A stretch of 62,990 nucleotides of DNA, the filler included, from Catajapyx aquilonaris (taxonomy: Eukaryota), in NCBI GenBank assembly GCA_000934665.2. It is 3 parts of 3 records of this genome, joined end to end, with 100 filler letters (N's around TTAATTAATTAA, not from the genome) between each part and the next. Parts side by side here need not be neighbours in the genome. Positions count along the whole stretch, not along the records: positions 1 to 20,904 come from JYFJ02006166.1; positions 21,005 to 41,987 come from JYFJ02006167.1; 1 more part is not named here. One strand, 5' to 3'. The position numbers were made by a program, and so were the translations under genes. Below are positions 12,255 through 24,864 of this stretch, piece by piece. The notes under the pieces are model-generated. The model was given only the letters and a program-made list of their open reading frames with translations, did not search any database and was not told the origin of the DNA. The stretch's first letter is position 1, and each line of letters starts with the position of its first letter.

Positions 12255-13221
12255 CCCAACTACTGGTTTGCTTCCTTACATAATCGTACATAATACGTAC
12301 TCAGCGATACGCAGGAAAAAACGGGAAAATAATGATGTTAGAAGCAAGCCACTTTGGGAAAATGTTCCCTGCTGGACTCAAAGAAAGGTTTTTGTCCACA
12401 ACACACGAAATTCCATGGTCCCTGAGGAAGGGGAGGGGGTGTCAATAAAAATCATGGGTGTGCTAATTGAAAGTGCGTCAACTGACGGATTCTTCCGGTT
12501 TATGTGTCTTTTCGGCGTAATTCGACACCATTATGACGAATGGTGACCATGCCCCGTAATTTTCACCGTAATTTGGACCCTCTGACGCCATATTTAACAT
12601 GACCGCCCCAGCATATACGACTTATACGTGCCATTCGCATCATATTCGCGCGAGGACGAGATACAGTGATGGGCATTAATGGTGTCGTACTGTTGGCGCC
12701 ACTAGCTGATGGCGGCAAAAGAGCGATTCGAAATTTGCCATCCGTATGACCACCTTCACTTGAGCATAAATCAGGTGAAGGTGGTCATATGGAGGGCATA
12801 TTTCGATGTGTCCAGCACTGTAATGATACTGTACAGGACTAACATGGCACATGTATGGGGCGGCCATTGTTAAATCTGACGTCAGATGGTCCAAATTACG
12901 TGCATGATATGCGGGGCATGGTTATCATTCGTCATAGCGGTGTCGCATTACGCCACGTACATTACGACACATAAACCGAAAGAATCCGTCAGTTGACGCA
13001 CTTTCAATTAGCACACCCCTGATTTTAATTGACACCCCCCCCCCTCCCCTTCATCAGAGGTGGAATTTCGTGTGTTGTGGAGAAAAACCTTTCTTTGAGT
13101 TCAACAGGGAACATTTTCCCAAAGTGGCTTGCTTCTAACACCATTATTTTTCAGTTTTTTCTTGCGTATCGCTGAGTACGTATTATGTACGATTATGTAA
13201 GCAGGTAGACCCGTAGTTGGG
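12255..13221. mobile_element. Foldback-like element with long (over 350 bp) terminal inverted repeats
   Basis: cccaactac...ttacataatcgtacataatacgtactcagcgatacgca is mirrored by tgcgtatcgctgagtacgtattatgtacgattatgtaa...gtagttggg. The ORF track shows the same peptide on both strands. Confidence 0.88.
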
Positions 13222-14131
13222 TCGTCCGCATCACTCGCTCCCTGTAAACAGTGGCAACAATCGAAAGAACACTGAAAGCGGCCATCATTGCCTGATGTCT
13301 GAATTCGCTCTCCTACTCCAGTAGGTAACGCCAACACCGCCGACAAATAAACATTTAGGGAATGCAATTTTGTCGGGTAGTGTGCGATCGCAGTGTAAAA
13401 TGACTTGCTCGATATAGATCCCACTGCCACTCAGACAACAATACATATACTATAAATGTACAAAAATAATAGGAGTACTATCCGGTTGCTTTTTTATTGC
13501 AATCACGCTATCCCCTGGGGAATTAGTCGCCTTGCCTACTAGTCACCGTACCGGTACCGGAATGTGTCCAAGAACAACACATTCCAGGAAACCTGCTTAT
13601 CAACAAATATTTCTGTGAATACAGGGGAGATCGAGGACAACTTTAACAATAGACAGTAATAATATTGTATTGTAACATGTCGGATATCTTCCCTGCGTTG
13701 GATATAGGAATACTATTCCTATGTACGTATGTACTGTACATTGATGACTGCCGGGATAAAAATATTATAATAATTACGGGGTTACATCATAAACATTTTA
13801 CGCTGCTGTAAATTTATCTGTACATGAGATAAACAATTACATATTCAGTTTTACCTCTTCCATTGTAGCTGCGTTATTCCAGAAGCAACAAAGAGGAGCA
13901 ACCTTTTGGAAGAAACACTTTTGGAAGACAGTGTGTGCCAAGTATTGGAGTCCTTTTAGTTATCTCAAATTTTGCCCGAAGTTGCCATTTTTGTGCAGCA
14001 GCGTTTTGCGCCTCAATCCAGGTGCCCAATGATTTCCAGGTGTGGTCAAATACTGTATAGCAACTGATATGTAACTTGGCACCTGGATTGGGACGCAATA
14101 ATAAGCTACACAAAAGTAATATTACTTCGGG

Positions 14132-14505
14132 ACTCGGGAGGGGGAGGTGTGGTGGCCGAGATGGTAACGTCTCAGCTTGCTGAGTGAAAGGTCCCAGGTT
14201 CGATCCCGGCCTGGGAGTTCCCTTTCACCTGCGTCGGGAGGGTCTCTGACCCGCACCTTGGAGGTGTCTGGCAACCTAACCTCCTGGGGGACTGCACATG
14301 GCCCAAACGTTTAAGACATTGCACCTGCACAAGTGTCCCCTCCAGGTCCCCTCCACAACAATCCCTATAGCCCTACCCTACATCCTGAAGTCCTTGCACG
14401 GTGATTGAAGAAAAAACAAGTTTGAAAACTGATGGTGGTGTGCCACCCCCCTATAACGACTTATAGTTGTGTCACGGGGTTATAAATAATAAAAATAATA
14501 AAAAC
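14132..14505 (+). mobile_element. tRNA-derived SINE, family A, full length
   Basis: A box TGGCCGAGATGG, B box GGTTCGATCCC, A-rich tail, 11-bp TSD attacttcggg (14121-14131, 14506-14516). Confidence 0.9.
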
Positions 14506-14817
14506 ATTACTTCGGGTGAAATTTGCGATAACTTAACTAAGAGAATCCAGATATTTGGAACACCCTGTATATAATGACATTGGTGGAAAAATATGTATCG
14601 GCTACATTCCAGGGCTATTAATCATTGTAATAGATACTGCCAGCTGCCGAAATATTTGGTCTTTCCTGTGAAATCCACTTGACTCTCGTAAGTTTACGTG
14701 ATGAGTCTCGATAAGACCACCGTTGTCCACCTATTAATGGGAGTTTGAAAATTTTCGGTTCAAATTTAGAGTCGAAAAAAGGGACTCAAAATTCGTAAAC
14801 TTAAAACATATTAAATA

Positions 14818-15159
14818 TTTTTTATATATACCCCGTGATAGGGCCATAGGCCCTTATAGGGGAGTGGAATACCACCATTTTTCATTCAATTTTCTATTTT
14901 TCTTCTAACTCCGGTGCAAGGATGAAAGGACATGGGGTAAGGGTAGGAATTTTTTGGGGAGGGAACATAGGTGCAAGTGCAATGTCTACAAATGGGTCAT
15001 GTGCTGTTCCCCAGGAGGTTAGGTTGCCAGACACCTCCTTGGTGCAGGTCAGAGACCCTCCTGACGCAGGTGAAGGGAAAGTTCCCCAGGCGGGGATCGA
15101 ACCTGGGGCCTTTCACTCAGCAAGCCGAGACGTTACCATCTCGGCCACCACACCTCCCC
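14818..15159 (-). mobile_element. tRNA-derived SINE, family A, inverted copy
   Basis: Reverse complement of the 14132 copy; 16-bp TSD taaaacatattaaata (14802-14817, 15160-15175). Confidence 0.9.
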
Positions 15160-15769
15160 TAAAACATATTAAATAAAAGGCGTATTCACGAATTATTGTT
15201 AGTGTCAATCTCAATAGCCCCTGGGGAATTAGCAGCACTAGCAGGGAAGTAATAATTTGTCGGCAGAAAGGCCTGCATGCATCTGCAGATTGCAACTCAC
15301 ATACCTGCATCTCTGCGTAAAATCAGTCCCGAAAAGGCAAGTTCTCCCATTTGAGGAACACTTGACAGACACTGAGCCCTTGTAAGGTCTCACGTCTCCA
15401 TAAATAATAAAATAACTATTCGGGTGTACTTGGCCACTAAGTAGAGGCCTCCTTGGTGTGACCCTCCATGTAGCACTGACAGAAATGGTTTAGTCCACGG
15501 TTTAGTCACTCACTGTAAAAGGGGTACACTGTAGCTCCAAATTCCAGGAGCGCCATCGAACTCGGAACACCTACAAGATAGTAGTAGCACATCCGAAAAA
15601 CCGCACCATAGTATCTAACCTCTGTGGCTAAACTGCTGAAGTACAATGGAATTGTTGTAGCGCGACACAATTTAAAGTTTAACACACAGAGTATATGAAC
15701 TCCAACAGCACTACATTGTCCATCAGTCACTGACAACTATTCCTATTAGACTGGGTTATACTGTTTGTG

Positions 15770-16020
15770 GGCTTGAGATCCGCAATTATTATTTTCATGA
15801 TAAGGATGTTTAGTCTTGATGGCATCTGTCACTGGCGTCACACGCATGTTATTTCTAAATCACGTCCTCAATGTGAGTTCATGGCGAGTGATGTTCTGGC
15901 CGCTGCTTTTTTGCAGCTGGAATGTCCTTTCTCGCTGTAAATAGTCAACACCATTATAGATAACATTTTCAGCTGTCATGACCATAACAACGCCTTCGCC
16001 ATAAACGTCCAGAGAATTTG
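15770..16020 (-). mobile_element. Heavily degraded mariner transposase N-terminal (HTH) remnant
   Basis: Minus-strand translation DVYGEGVV...WC*LFTARKD...QRP...HIEDVI resembles mariner YGE...W..F..GR.D...GRP; many stops. Confidence 0.35.
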
Positions 16021-18011
16021 CTGACGAGGCAGCCTTCAATAGGCTGTAGGGGCCATAAACATCACTTAATAAATATGATAATTCTGTTATCCGTTCAGCT
16101 ATCTCGCTACTATGACAATGCTTTTAATTTCTAGAACAGTATTGTAATCAAATAGTGTATGTAGGCTATTGTGTGCAGCCACAGATATGGCCGTTCGCCT
16201 TGAAAATGAATAAAAGCTGAATTGTGCGATACACATTTTTGGGCCGCATTTTCACGAACCAATATTGCCAAGAACCTGCGCAACATACATGATTACGTAT
16301 GTAATTTGCAGCGAGGTGTGGTCCACCCAGAGGGATCAGGACACCCTCTCCCAAACGCACCCAGCCCCACCAGCACGCACAATAGGCTAATGAGAGGCAT
16401 CCAGTGAGTCGCTTTTGTATTTTTGAATTCGTGGTCAATGGCGGTTCTCGATGAGGTACCGCTCCATCGGTTTTTGTTCGTACACCACCGGATGAATCGT
16501 AGTGATTGCCGGTGCGAAGAGCATATCTGGTCGAGAGGGCCGCATTGGGACTGTACACGCTGCACTAGGTACCACCAGAGCACGATTTCTCGGGGTCCCG
16601 AGTTAGTTGTCACCTTGGCAACCCCCACTATTTGCGTGAAAACGAGCTGGTGGATAATGCAGTTATGAAAAGGCAACTTTTGACGAAAACAAGCTCTCCC
16701 TTTGATATGTGGGGAAATCCGCGTGCAAGCGATGCTGTGTATAGTTTGGTGTGGGATGGGGCGAACACAGACACTAATCCATACGTAATTAATCCGCCGT
16801 AGCGCTCTTATCTGCCAGGATAAAAACCTGCCACAGAGAAGGAAAGCGCGGCCGCATTGCTCGTAATCCGTCGCTAATGAAGCTCTCGACAGAAAAGTAA
16901 GCCTTTGGCGGTTTTTCATGGCATGACTAGAGTCGTAATTCTGCGAGGACAGCTATGTTTCACAGCGGCCAAAATGGCCACCCAATCTGCGAATTGTAGT
17001 CATAATGGACCTAGTAAACACTCGGGACAATGTGCGAAAAATTACCGGTCTTTAGCGGGGGGAAATACAGATGACGCTGGATTTCAAACACTGCTGGAAA
17101 CCGTGGAGAGGTTTTACGTCATGGCAAGTGAAAACTTGCTAATTGTGAGCCTCGGTTGTATATGGGTCGGATAATGCCGTTTTTTCGACTTGATAGTAGG
17201 AAACTATTCTTGTATTGTCTGTATTATCCGACCATCTATCGGTCCCATTCAGCTCGGATAATCCAGACCCTAATGTACAGTACAGTACGACTCTATTATG
17301 ACCACATAAAATGATGTGTTGCTTACTGTGTACCGGTTCATTGCGAATAAAAATGGACCTTCGAGTTATCTCTGATGCAAATACGTCCCAATCCTCAAAA
17401 TAATTAGGCCACCTCTGACTTCGAAAAAACCGTCCATATGCGCGTTAAAACTATGTTTGTGCAGGGATGATCCAATTAAATGTAATTGTACGTTTCAGTT
17501 AGCGACTTTTTGGCACCAAGCTGCTTATTTTTAAGCAGTTACTTTTAGTGGATATCAAAGGGATAAGCTGATAATTCCAGATTTCATGAACCCGTCCTTT
17601 TTTAAAGCCTACAAAGAGGGGCTGGTCTGCAAAAACTGGGGTTTTATCATTGACAGTCAATACCAATTGCTCCAATCGGAAATTTCAGGGCTTGGATGAT
17701 TCAATGCGGCCTAATGTTAGCAGCTAATTTCTTTGATAACAACTAAAAGTAACTTCCTAATTTCCTAATTTTTAGTACATTAGTTTAAAAGCAATTAAAT
17801 GATACAAACTTTTGTCAAGGCTATACTTAATAAAGATGGACAACATGATGGCACAAGTCGGATAAGAGTATGAATACTATCTGTGACTTTTAGGAATGCA
17901 AATTTCTTAATTATTCTGACAGACCTGACCGAACCTTCCAGACTAGTTTTGTGCTGTCACCTACCCACAATGATTGAACAGTCCAAAGTTGCAATAATTT
18001 CCGATCAAGTC

Positions 18012-18267
18012 GCATCCCGGCAATAACAGGGGCACAAGTCCAAAAAGTCAATTTCACAGGAGAGCACTTTGAAAGTTGTGTAGTGTTGGTATAGTGTTAT
18101 CATAAATCAGGTATTGATGCAGCATTCGAATAATCAGAATTATTAATAATTAATTTTTTTAAATCAGAATATGCATTCTGAATGTGCACACGGTCATGGA
18201 CCCTGCTCTAGTAATAAGTCAAAATCGTCATTTTTGGACTTGTGTCCCTGTTATTGCCGGGATGCGA
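18012..18267. mobile_element. MITE-like element with about 35-bp inverted ends
   Basis: cgcatcccggcaataacaggggcacaagtccaaaaa versus tttttggacttgtgtccctgttattgccgggatgcg. Confidence 0.7.
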
Positions 18268-20904
18268 AGTGTTTAAGTTGTCTTTAATATTATGCAGAAT
18301 AATGTGCAAAATATACTGTATGCTTTGGAACTGGTGACGGACATTTCCAACATCATCTCTACAGTAGAATAATGATTGCTTTTGGTGAGGTAAGGCACCC
18401 ACTGCTGTATACTATCTTTATCCACAAATATTCCACAAAAACTGGGTACCACATGATAATGGAAATTTGCCAAAAATAATGATAAATGAATTTTAAATTA
18501 TACGTGCCTCTCTTTTGCATGCACATTGCTTGTTAAGCATTTTTAAGCTTAATAGCCTTAAGCTGTAATGAGTTGGTAGAATATGAGCTTGGTGGGGCAG
18601 GCCCAGCTCCGTTGCCAAAATTATGGGCCAATATTCCACTCGTATCGTGTACTGACATCTATCCCGACTCAGTCCCTGCACACAATCGGTTTGATCCTCC
18701 ACAATTTGAATGCCCAGAGATGATTTCCCAGCCTATATCCTGACTTTTTGGCTCCCTCGCTGCGGTTTGGATCCGTGACTATGCGTGGATCCAGCCAAGC
18801 GTGATATCACCCACAATATATGGATGTCGTCTTGCCCCTGCATTTCCATTTTATACGTTTTATTTGAAGCAGCCCCAAGGATGGTTCCGACAAACAAAGG
18901 ATCTAACTTATACGAGCAATTGCGGCCATAAATAAATTCTCCCACGATTTTGATTTGTAGGCCCGGAGGCGTGAAGGGAATAAGAAGCGGCATAAAATTA
19001 TTTCGGGACAAGTAGCGTCTAGCACTCGTTATTAATGAAAAATGTCCGTTGAGACGCCGTACCCCCCTACCCCATTCCACCCTAGCCTTGAGCCATACCG
19101 GCTGCTAGTCGATGCAAACATTTCGCATGGTTGCGACAGGAACTCGATTAAAGAGTCCTCATTAAGCACTGACTTGGCGGGTGTCAAGCCCGCTGGGAGA
19201 AGATCCACTTCTCAGTCTCCTTTCTACTAGAAGAGGAATGACGAGAAGCATATATAGCCACATTTTATATCGTAGGCCTAGTCCTAGGCCTAACTCGTAC
19301 GTGCAGTGCGATTTCAGATTTCAGGGCGTGATGAATAGCCATCAACACTTGGTTGCACGGTTTATTGTTTTCTACTTTATGTTGACATATGCCGGATGTA
19401 TTTACATACATCACCGCCACAGATAACGCGTATTAATGGATAACCACGTGCTCTACGCCACGTGAAAATGAGTCCGTTTTGGCCATAAGCTGGACTAATC
19501 GTAGAGTGATGCATACGTTCGGATAGTTAGAGCGGTGTTGTAGGCTGCGTATATCGTACGTGTCCAATTAGCGGGGCGACAATAACACTACTCCTGTGTG
19601 ACGGAGCACAAACCGAATCTATGGGCAATTTGTAGGAGCGTCACACAGAAATTGGCTTATGAATTGATTGTCACCTGTGCAGTATGACCGCGAATGCACA
19701 TTTCCAGTTGTGATCCTGTCATAATGAGCACCCACCGGAATAACAGCTTCTGAGTCACCAGAGGCTGGCTTGGCTTTATGATAGCCAGTTAAGCCAGGAC
19801 AGGTGTATGTGAGACAAACTTTGCTTCTTAGGTCGCAGACTGTTAAGGCAGAGGCCAGAGGCTCAAGTGATAGCTAAACAACCCCTGTTCATGACCCATT
19901 CTTTTCTTTTTTATTTGATGGGTGTAAAGGAGGGTCGTGCTGTACACTCCCTGCTCTTGCTCCCATCCTCTTCCTTTCCTCCTAGGCCAGGAACAAGCTG
20001 TCTTAAGACGTGAGTGGGGGTCCGAATGGACTGCTTGTTGCCAACCGCATTCCCCAGATAGCAGTGTGGCCAGGCTAACGACGTCTGCTAGCTGCCCCTG
20101 CATCTTCCACTTTTCCAGCCGCCATTCTGGGACTCACTCTGGTGCAGCACGTGTCTCGTCGCTTGTTTACGATGTCCATCCCCCTCAGTTTAGCTCTGAC
20201 CTCTCGTCCTTTACTTTCTCTTCCAATCGATATACTGATGGATATGTGGATGTTGACTATAGCTTCTCTCTTTGGAAACAGTACGATTTGCATGAAACCA
20301 CTAACTGCATACGACCTATATCATGTATACAATGGCATGGAGGAATTAATGAGACAATGATATCCCTGACGACCACTCACCAGTCATACAGTGTAAAAAT
20401 CTTCGCTAAGTTTTAACACAAGTGTCTTCAAAATTACAATGACTTCGCAGCTTCCAACAACAATTGAAGACCTCGGGAGAAAACCGATGAAGGTCCACCT
20501 GAGGTGAAACTGACAGTGAGATAAACCAATTTTAAATTTCGAAGGGCCATAAGGTTCCATTGTAAATCCCACATTCGGGGTCTTTCATAGTGACCTATGA
20601 TCATTACTCCACAACCACGACCAAACCATCATATTCTACACTTGCCGGGAAAGTATCTTCTGAGATATGTAACTCATTTTTGAGAAAAAGTGGAACTTGA
20701 TCTTTCTTCCCCCGATTCTGTGGTGGGAAACTGCGTTGGAGCACTGCTCACTAACCCTAATCAACACCTTAGCTGAACCCTTAATGACAAGCATTTTTCT
20801 ACTCTCTCCTATTACTTGCCCTGATCTGAAAATATTGGGACACCCCCAAAAAATGGAGTGGTGGGGTTATACACAGGATGTGATAAAAAGTTTCCATTAA
20901 GATT

Positions 20905-21004
20905 NNNNNNNNNNNNNNNNNNNNNNNNNNNNNNNNNNNNNNNNNNNNTTAATTAATTAANNNNNNNNNNNNNNNNNNNNNNNNNNNNNNNNNNNNNNNN
21001 NNNN
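20905..21004. other. Artificial contig/gap spacer N44-TTAATTAATTAA-N44
   Basis: Exactly 100 nt with a six-frame stop linker; identical structure at 41988-42087. Confidence 0.95.
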
Positions 21005-21005
21005 C

Positions 21006-21137
21006 GGAAAACGAGAGAACGATCTGACTTCATCAAGGTTTCCATGGAAATACCCTCAGAGAACAATATGAGTAAACAGTGTCAACTAAAAGAAACAATG
21101 TGAGAAACTATGTAGTCAGATCGTTCTCTCGTTTTCC
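21006..21137. repeat. Short inverted-repeat (MITE-like) element
   Basis: ggaaaacgagagaacgatctgact versus agtcagatcgttctctcgttttcc. Confidence 0.7.
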
Positions 21138-22734
21138 TCTCTTTATTATGTATTGATTAAATAATGAGTTATGAATGACTACGGTGTCTAAATATTTTGT
21201 GGTGTCCTCCTTTTTTACATGTTGTCCTCCTTTTTCCCGACATTCTGTCCTCTTTTCCAACTATATGCATCTGGTCACCCTAGGTGTTGCATGACATCGC
21301 CAAAACGTCAGGAATTTTCTTTGATAATGGAGAAAACCATGGCCTCAATTTTGTGCTGAATGCTACTTGTAGGTATTCTCAAACTCTTTTATGGATACTA
21401 TTCATATAATATACTGATGATGCATATTCATAATTTTCAGCAAAAGAGAAGAACTACTATTACTATTCTGGTCAAGCATTTGCCATGGCCTTACTTCAGT
21501 CAGGTGATTGTGGAAATTTGCTATCAGATTTAGCATATGAGCTTATGGAAAGCCAAATCATCTACCCATTGAGGCTATTCCTGAGCTGCACCTTCGTGAA
21601 GCTCTCACTCAGGTAGGATAAGTACTTCCACACCGGGTGGTCGGAAAAGAAGACCCAATATCTTGTTTCAAGTTTCAAAAAGTCCCACATTTTCTCTATT
21701 CCTCAGCCTCCTTAAACTTAAGTACCAATCCTATCCAAGAGAATGCAGTATGTATTCTTCGTTTCCGGTCATCATATCAAACTGGGCGTCAGTGTGATTT
21801 AGTGAGTGACTAGGCCTGGTGGTTTTTTGGCATCCAGTTGCGCCCATGGTCCTCTACCTCTACTAGGGTGGGGTTCAGTGGGTTTACCATGCATATTTTC
21901 TGATAGAATAGGTTCTGAGGAGCATTTTAGGTGTTACAATTATCTTGTACCAATCCAGTTTGCGTTTGTCTGCATCGATTGTTGGAAGCATTAAGTTCAT
22001 CACCCTGGGTGCAAAACTTGCCGACTATCTGGTTATCTGCAGCAGAATCCTGCATTTGAAGGTACACCATTCTAGTTATATTACTTTATGTCATAACCAG
22101 TGTTAAAATTACTGTAGATGGATAGTAAGCCGTCCCGAGGACATGTGCGATCACAAATTCAATAAAAGGGACGGCTGTTCGGTAGGCACTTTTTGACGTA
22201 CTTACTGTATGTTGGATTAATGTAGGATCAATTGTATCCAGCCATTTCAAACTGGTGCAGCCAGTAATTAAAATGGGAAATCATATATTGTTTGGATTTC
22301 ATTGTATCATTTATTGTCGGTGCCATTTTTCAGGTATTTCAATAGGCTGCCTGGCGAACAAGATGGTTTTCCAGGATTTGTCCCTTCCTCCAAAACCAAA
22401 CACCTTGGGACATTTTAAATAGGTCAGGTCAAATTTTTAGTCTGGAAATGTCTTCTGGATATTTACGTGTTAGAATGCTGCAGTACATGCATATTTTATG
22501 GGATACTATCGTAGGCTCGAGTCAAACTGTGTTTACCACATTGCTCTAGTTGCATTTTATAACCACTCAACAAGCCATACTGAAACCTCCAGCGACAGGA
22601 TGGGCAGCGGACGCCTCGGTCCGGACGACGGAGGAGGAGAAACTGTTCCATCAACTGGCCCAGGTGTTGCCCATCCTTCAGGACCCGGACGAGGATGAAG
22701 AGATCAATCAGGGATATTATAAACTGAAGAATTC

Positions 22735-23292
22735 AGTTTCTCCCTTAATCTGGATGAAGAAGTTGTAAAATTTGAGATGGCAAACAAATTTAGTGTAAAT
22801 GTTAATGATTATAAGGACAGTTTGATCGTAGACCCAATTCGTACCACCAGACCACATGTGGATCTCCTCTTACTGAACCAAGGGGAGACACTATGTTGCC
22901 ATAACTAAGTTAAGTGCCTTACTTTGGTGTGGTGTTGGGAAGGGGATATCTAAGCAATATTTCTGTAAATTCTGCACCGGCAGATTTACACAGGAGGAAC
23001 GGTTGCATGCGCATGAGGCAGTGTGCACCATTCCAGGAGGGAAGGGCCAACCTGACGAGATGCCGGAAGGGGAGAATAGTCATCTGCGTTTTAGGAATAT
23101 TAAGAAAACGTTGAGCTGACCTTACGTAGTATACGCTGATTTCGAGTGTATTATGGAGGAGGAGGACACTCTAAAACATATCCCGTGGCTTTGCATATGT
23201 GATAATTGGTCCTGACAGAACCGTTGTAAAATTCAACACGTATCGAGGGGTCGACTGTATTGTCCGTTTCCTCACCAATCTGGAAGATGTGA
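22735..23292 (+). pseudogene. Polinton/Maverick (adintovirus-type) protein-primed DNA polymerase B N-terminal/exonuclease fragment
   Basis: Manual translation across two frameshifts and one stop: VKFEMANKFSVNV...HVDLLLL...HYVAITKLSALL...YFCKFCTGRF..EERLHAHEAVC...MPEG...LRFRNIKKTLS*PYVVYADFECI...GFAYVII...YRGVDCIVRFLTNL. Confidence 0.8.
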
Positions 23293-23439
23293 TGATACCC
23301 GGAAGATTCAGAGTGTGAAGAAGAATTGGTTCAGTTTAGCAAACTTGCAAAAACAGACCTGGTTAGCATAATATCTGATGATAAACATGAGTTTTATGAT
23401 TTAAAATGATAACGTCTGCTAGTTGACAACAATGGCTTT

Positions 23440-23620
23440 GGTTCCTGCTTCCCAAATGTAACGATTCCTCTTAAGATCTACCTCACCCTAATGTTCACCA
23501 ACAGCAGTGGTCAACGCTCGTTTTCTAAATTAAAAAGATAAAAAAACGAAGCCAGATCCAGCATGGGGCAGGCACACCTGAACCATCCTTACCTGATGAG
23601 CACAGAGCACGAGATAGAAG
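23440..23620 (+). mobile_element. hAT transposase C-terminal dimerisation domain fragment
   Basis: FPNVTIPLKIYLTLMFTNSSGQRSFSKLKR...RSSMGQAHLN..LMSTEHEI. Confidence 0.75.
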
Positions 23621-23689
23621 ACAAATACTCGCCCAGCTGCAAGATTAATGATGTCATATTTGATAAATTGATGAATGTGCGTTCGTATG

Positions 23690-24370
23690 CTACATCAGAA
23701 AAGATAGAAACCTGGAATTGTGATGCTATTCCTATAGAATGTCGCTGGGTAGAAATTTTTCAGCATTTCAGTGCCCAAAACATCCCAGCACCAAATTTGT
23801 CCAAGGTCCTTCAATTTGTTTCGTGCCTCCCAGGCAGTTCGGCAAACAGAGCCATCATCAGCGGAGCTGGTCTTCGGAGGGGGGGCAGGAGGAGATGGGA
23901 GAGGAGAGGCTGAAGATGGACAGGATGGGGGACGAGAGAAGAAGATGCCGATGCCTTCCCCTTACTATTTTGTGGGAGGGGTAAGACTCCACAACTTTTC
24001 TATTGACGTGGACCCAATCATCCATTGTCCCAAATGCCTGAAGGTGTTTGGGACAATAGACCCAATTTCCTAGTAATCCTTGCACCGAAGATCGAAGAAA
24101 AAATCCATTAGAAAACTGAATGGTGGTAGAAGACCCCCCTATAATGACCAAGAGGTTGTAGCACAGGGTATTAAAATAAATACCGTGCCTCCCAGGAACG
24201 AATGCATCAACAGAAAGAGTATTTTCTTGTATGAATAATTTGTGGACCCCAAGCAAAACTCAGTTGAAAGTAGAAACCGTAAAGGGAATGCTAATTACAA
24301 AGATGAATTTTTATGAGAATTGTCTGGATTTTCACAAAATTCCATTGAATGACAGGAGTCTCCCGGAGAA
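23690..24370 (+). mobile_element. Second hAT C-terminal fragment, split by a retroposed insertion
   Basis: RWVEIFQHF...PNLSKVLQFVSCLPG [insert] TNASTERVFSCMNNLWTPSKTQLKVETVKGML. Confidence 0.75.
23835..24183 (+). mobile_element. Retroposed insertion (LINE/SINE 3' end)
   Basis: 13-bp TSD cgtgcctcccagg (23822-23834, 24184-24196); A-rich end; tail resembles the SINE family A tail. Confidence 0.8.
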
Positions 24371-24864
24371 GACTTCGTACCCCCCTTTCTCCGCCCCCTC
24401 CTGACGCCAAATTCCACCTCTCTAGGTAGGTCGGGAAGTGGCTCAATTTAGGTGGTGAACATAGTCACACCGCACTGTTACATATGTAGATTAAATTAAA
24501 AGCAAATTAATACCATGAAATAACAGGTCAGTTGTGACATGAGCAATTTAACACGTACCCCTTGGCAGAGGCCCGCGTACCACAGTTTGGGAACCGCTGC
24601 AATAAGCTATACGTGATGCACCAAAAATAACACGTTAACTCCATTCACCTTACTCCCTCGGCAGGCTATAGTGTGCGCAGCGCAAAAGATCATCTCTTGC
24701 GATAGGACCACCGCCCAGCGGCACCTACAGCTGGAAGAGGACCTCATGGTTGGATCCACTCCCTCATGGCCCATGAGCTTGGTGCAGGACTTTAGGAATC
24801 GAATGTACCGGGCATAATAATACGTACAATAGCCTATTAGGCTTGTGTGTTATCATCGTCTTAG

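Noticed and set aside
14140..14215. tRNA gene (also SINE heads at about 15090-15159, 44430-44500 and 55530-55603)
   Set aside because: A/B boxes run into SINE bodies with tails and TSDs; no convincing full cloverleaf.
16166..17174. Cluster of longer ORFs in GC-richer DNA (also 19937-20416 and 40166-41031)
   Set aside because: No domain motifs and overlapping on both strands, as expected by chance at higher GC.
20949..20960. TTAATTAATTAA palindrome between N runs (also 42032-42043)
   Set aside because: Identical 44+12+44 layout twice, with stops in six frames: an assembly or concatenation linker, not biology.
21500..22060. Possible minus-strand LINE RT remnant (similar weak hints at about 32650-33950 and 45350-45870)
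   Set aside because: Only faint motif resemblance through many stops and frameshifts; family and boundaries cannot be supported without a search.
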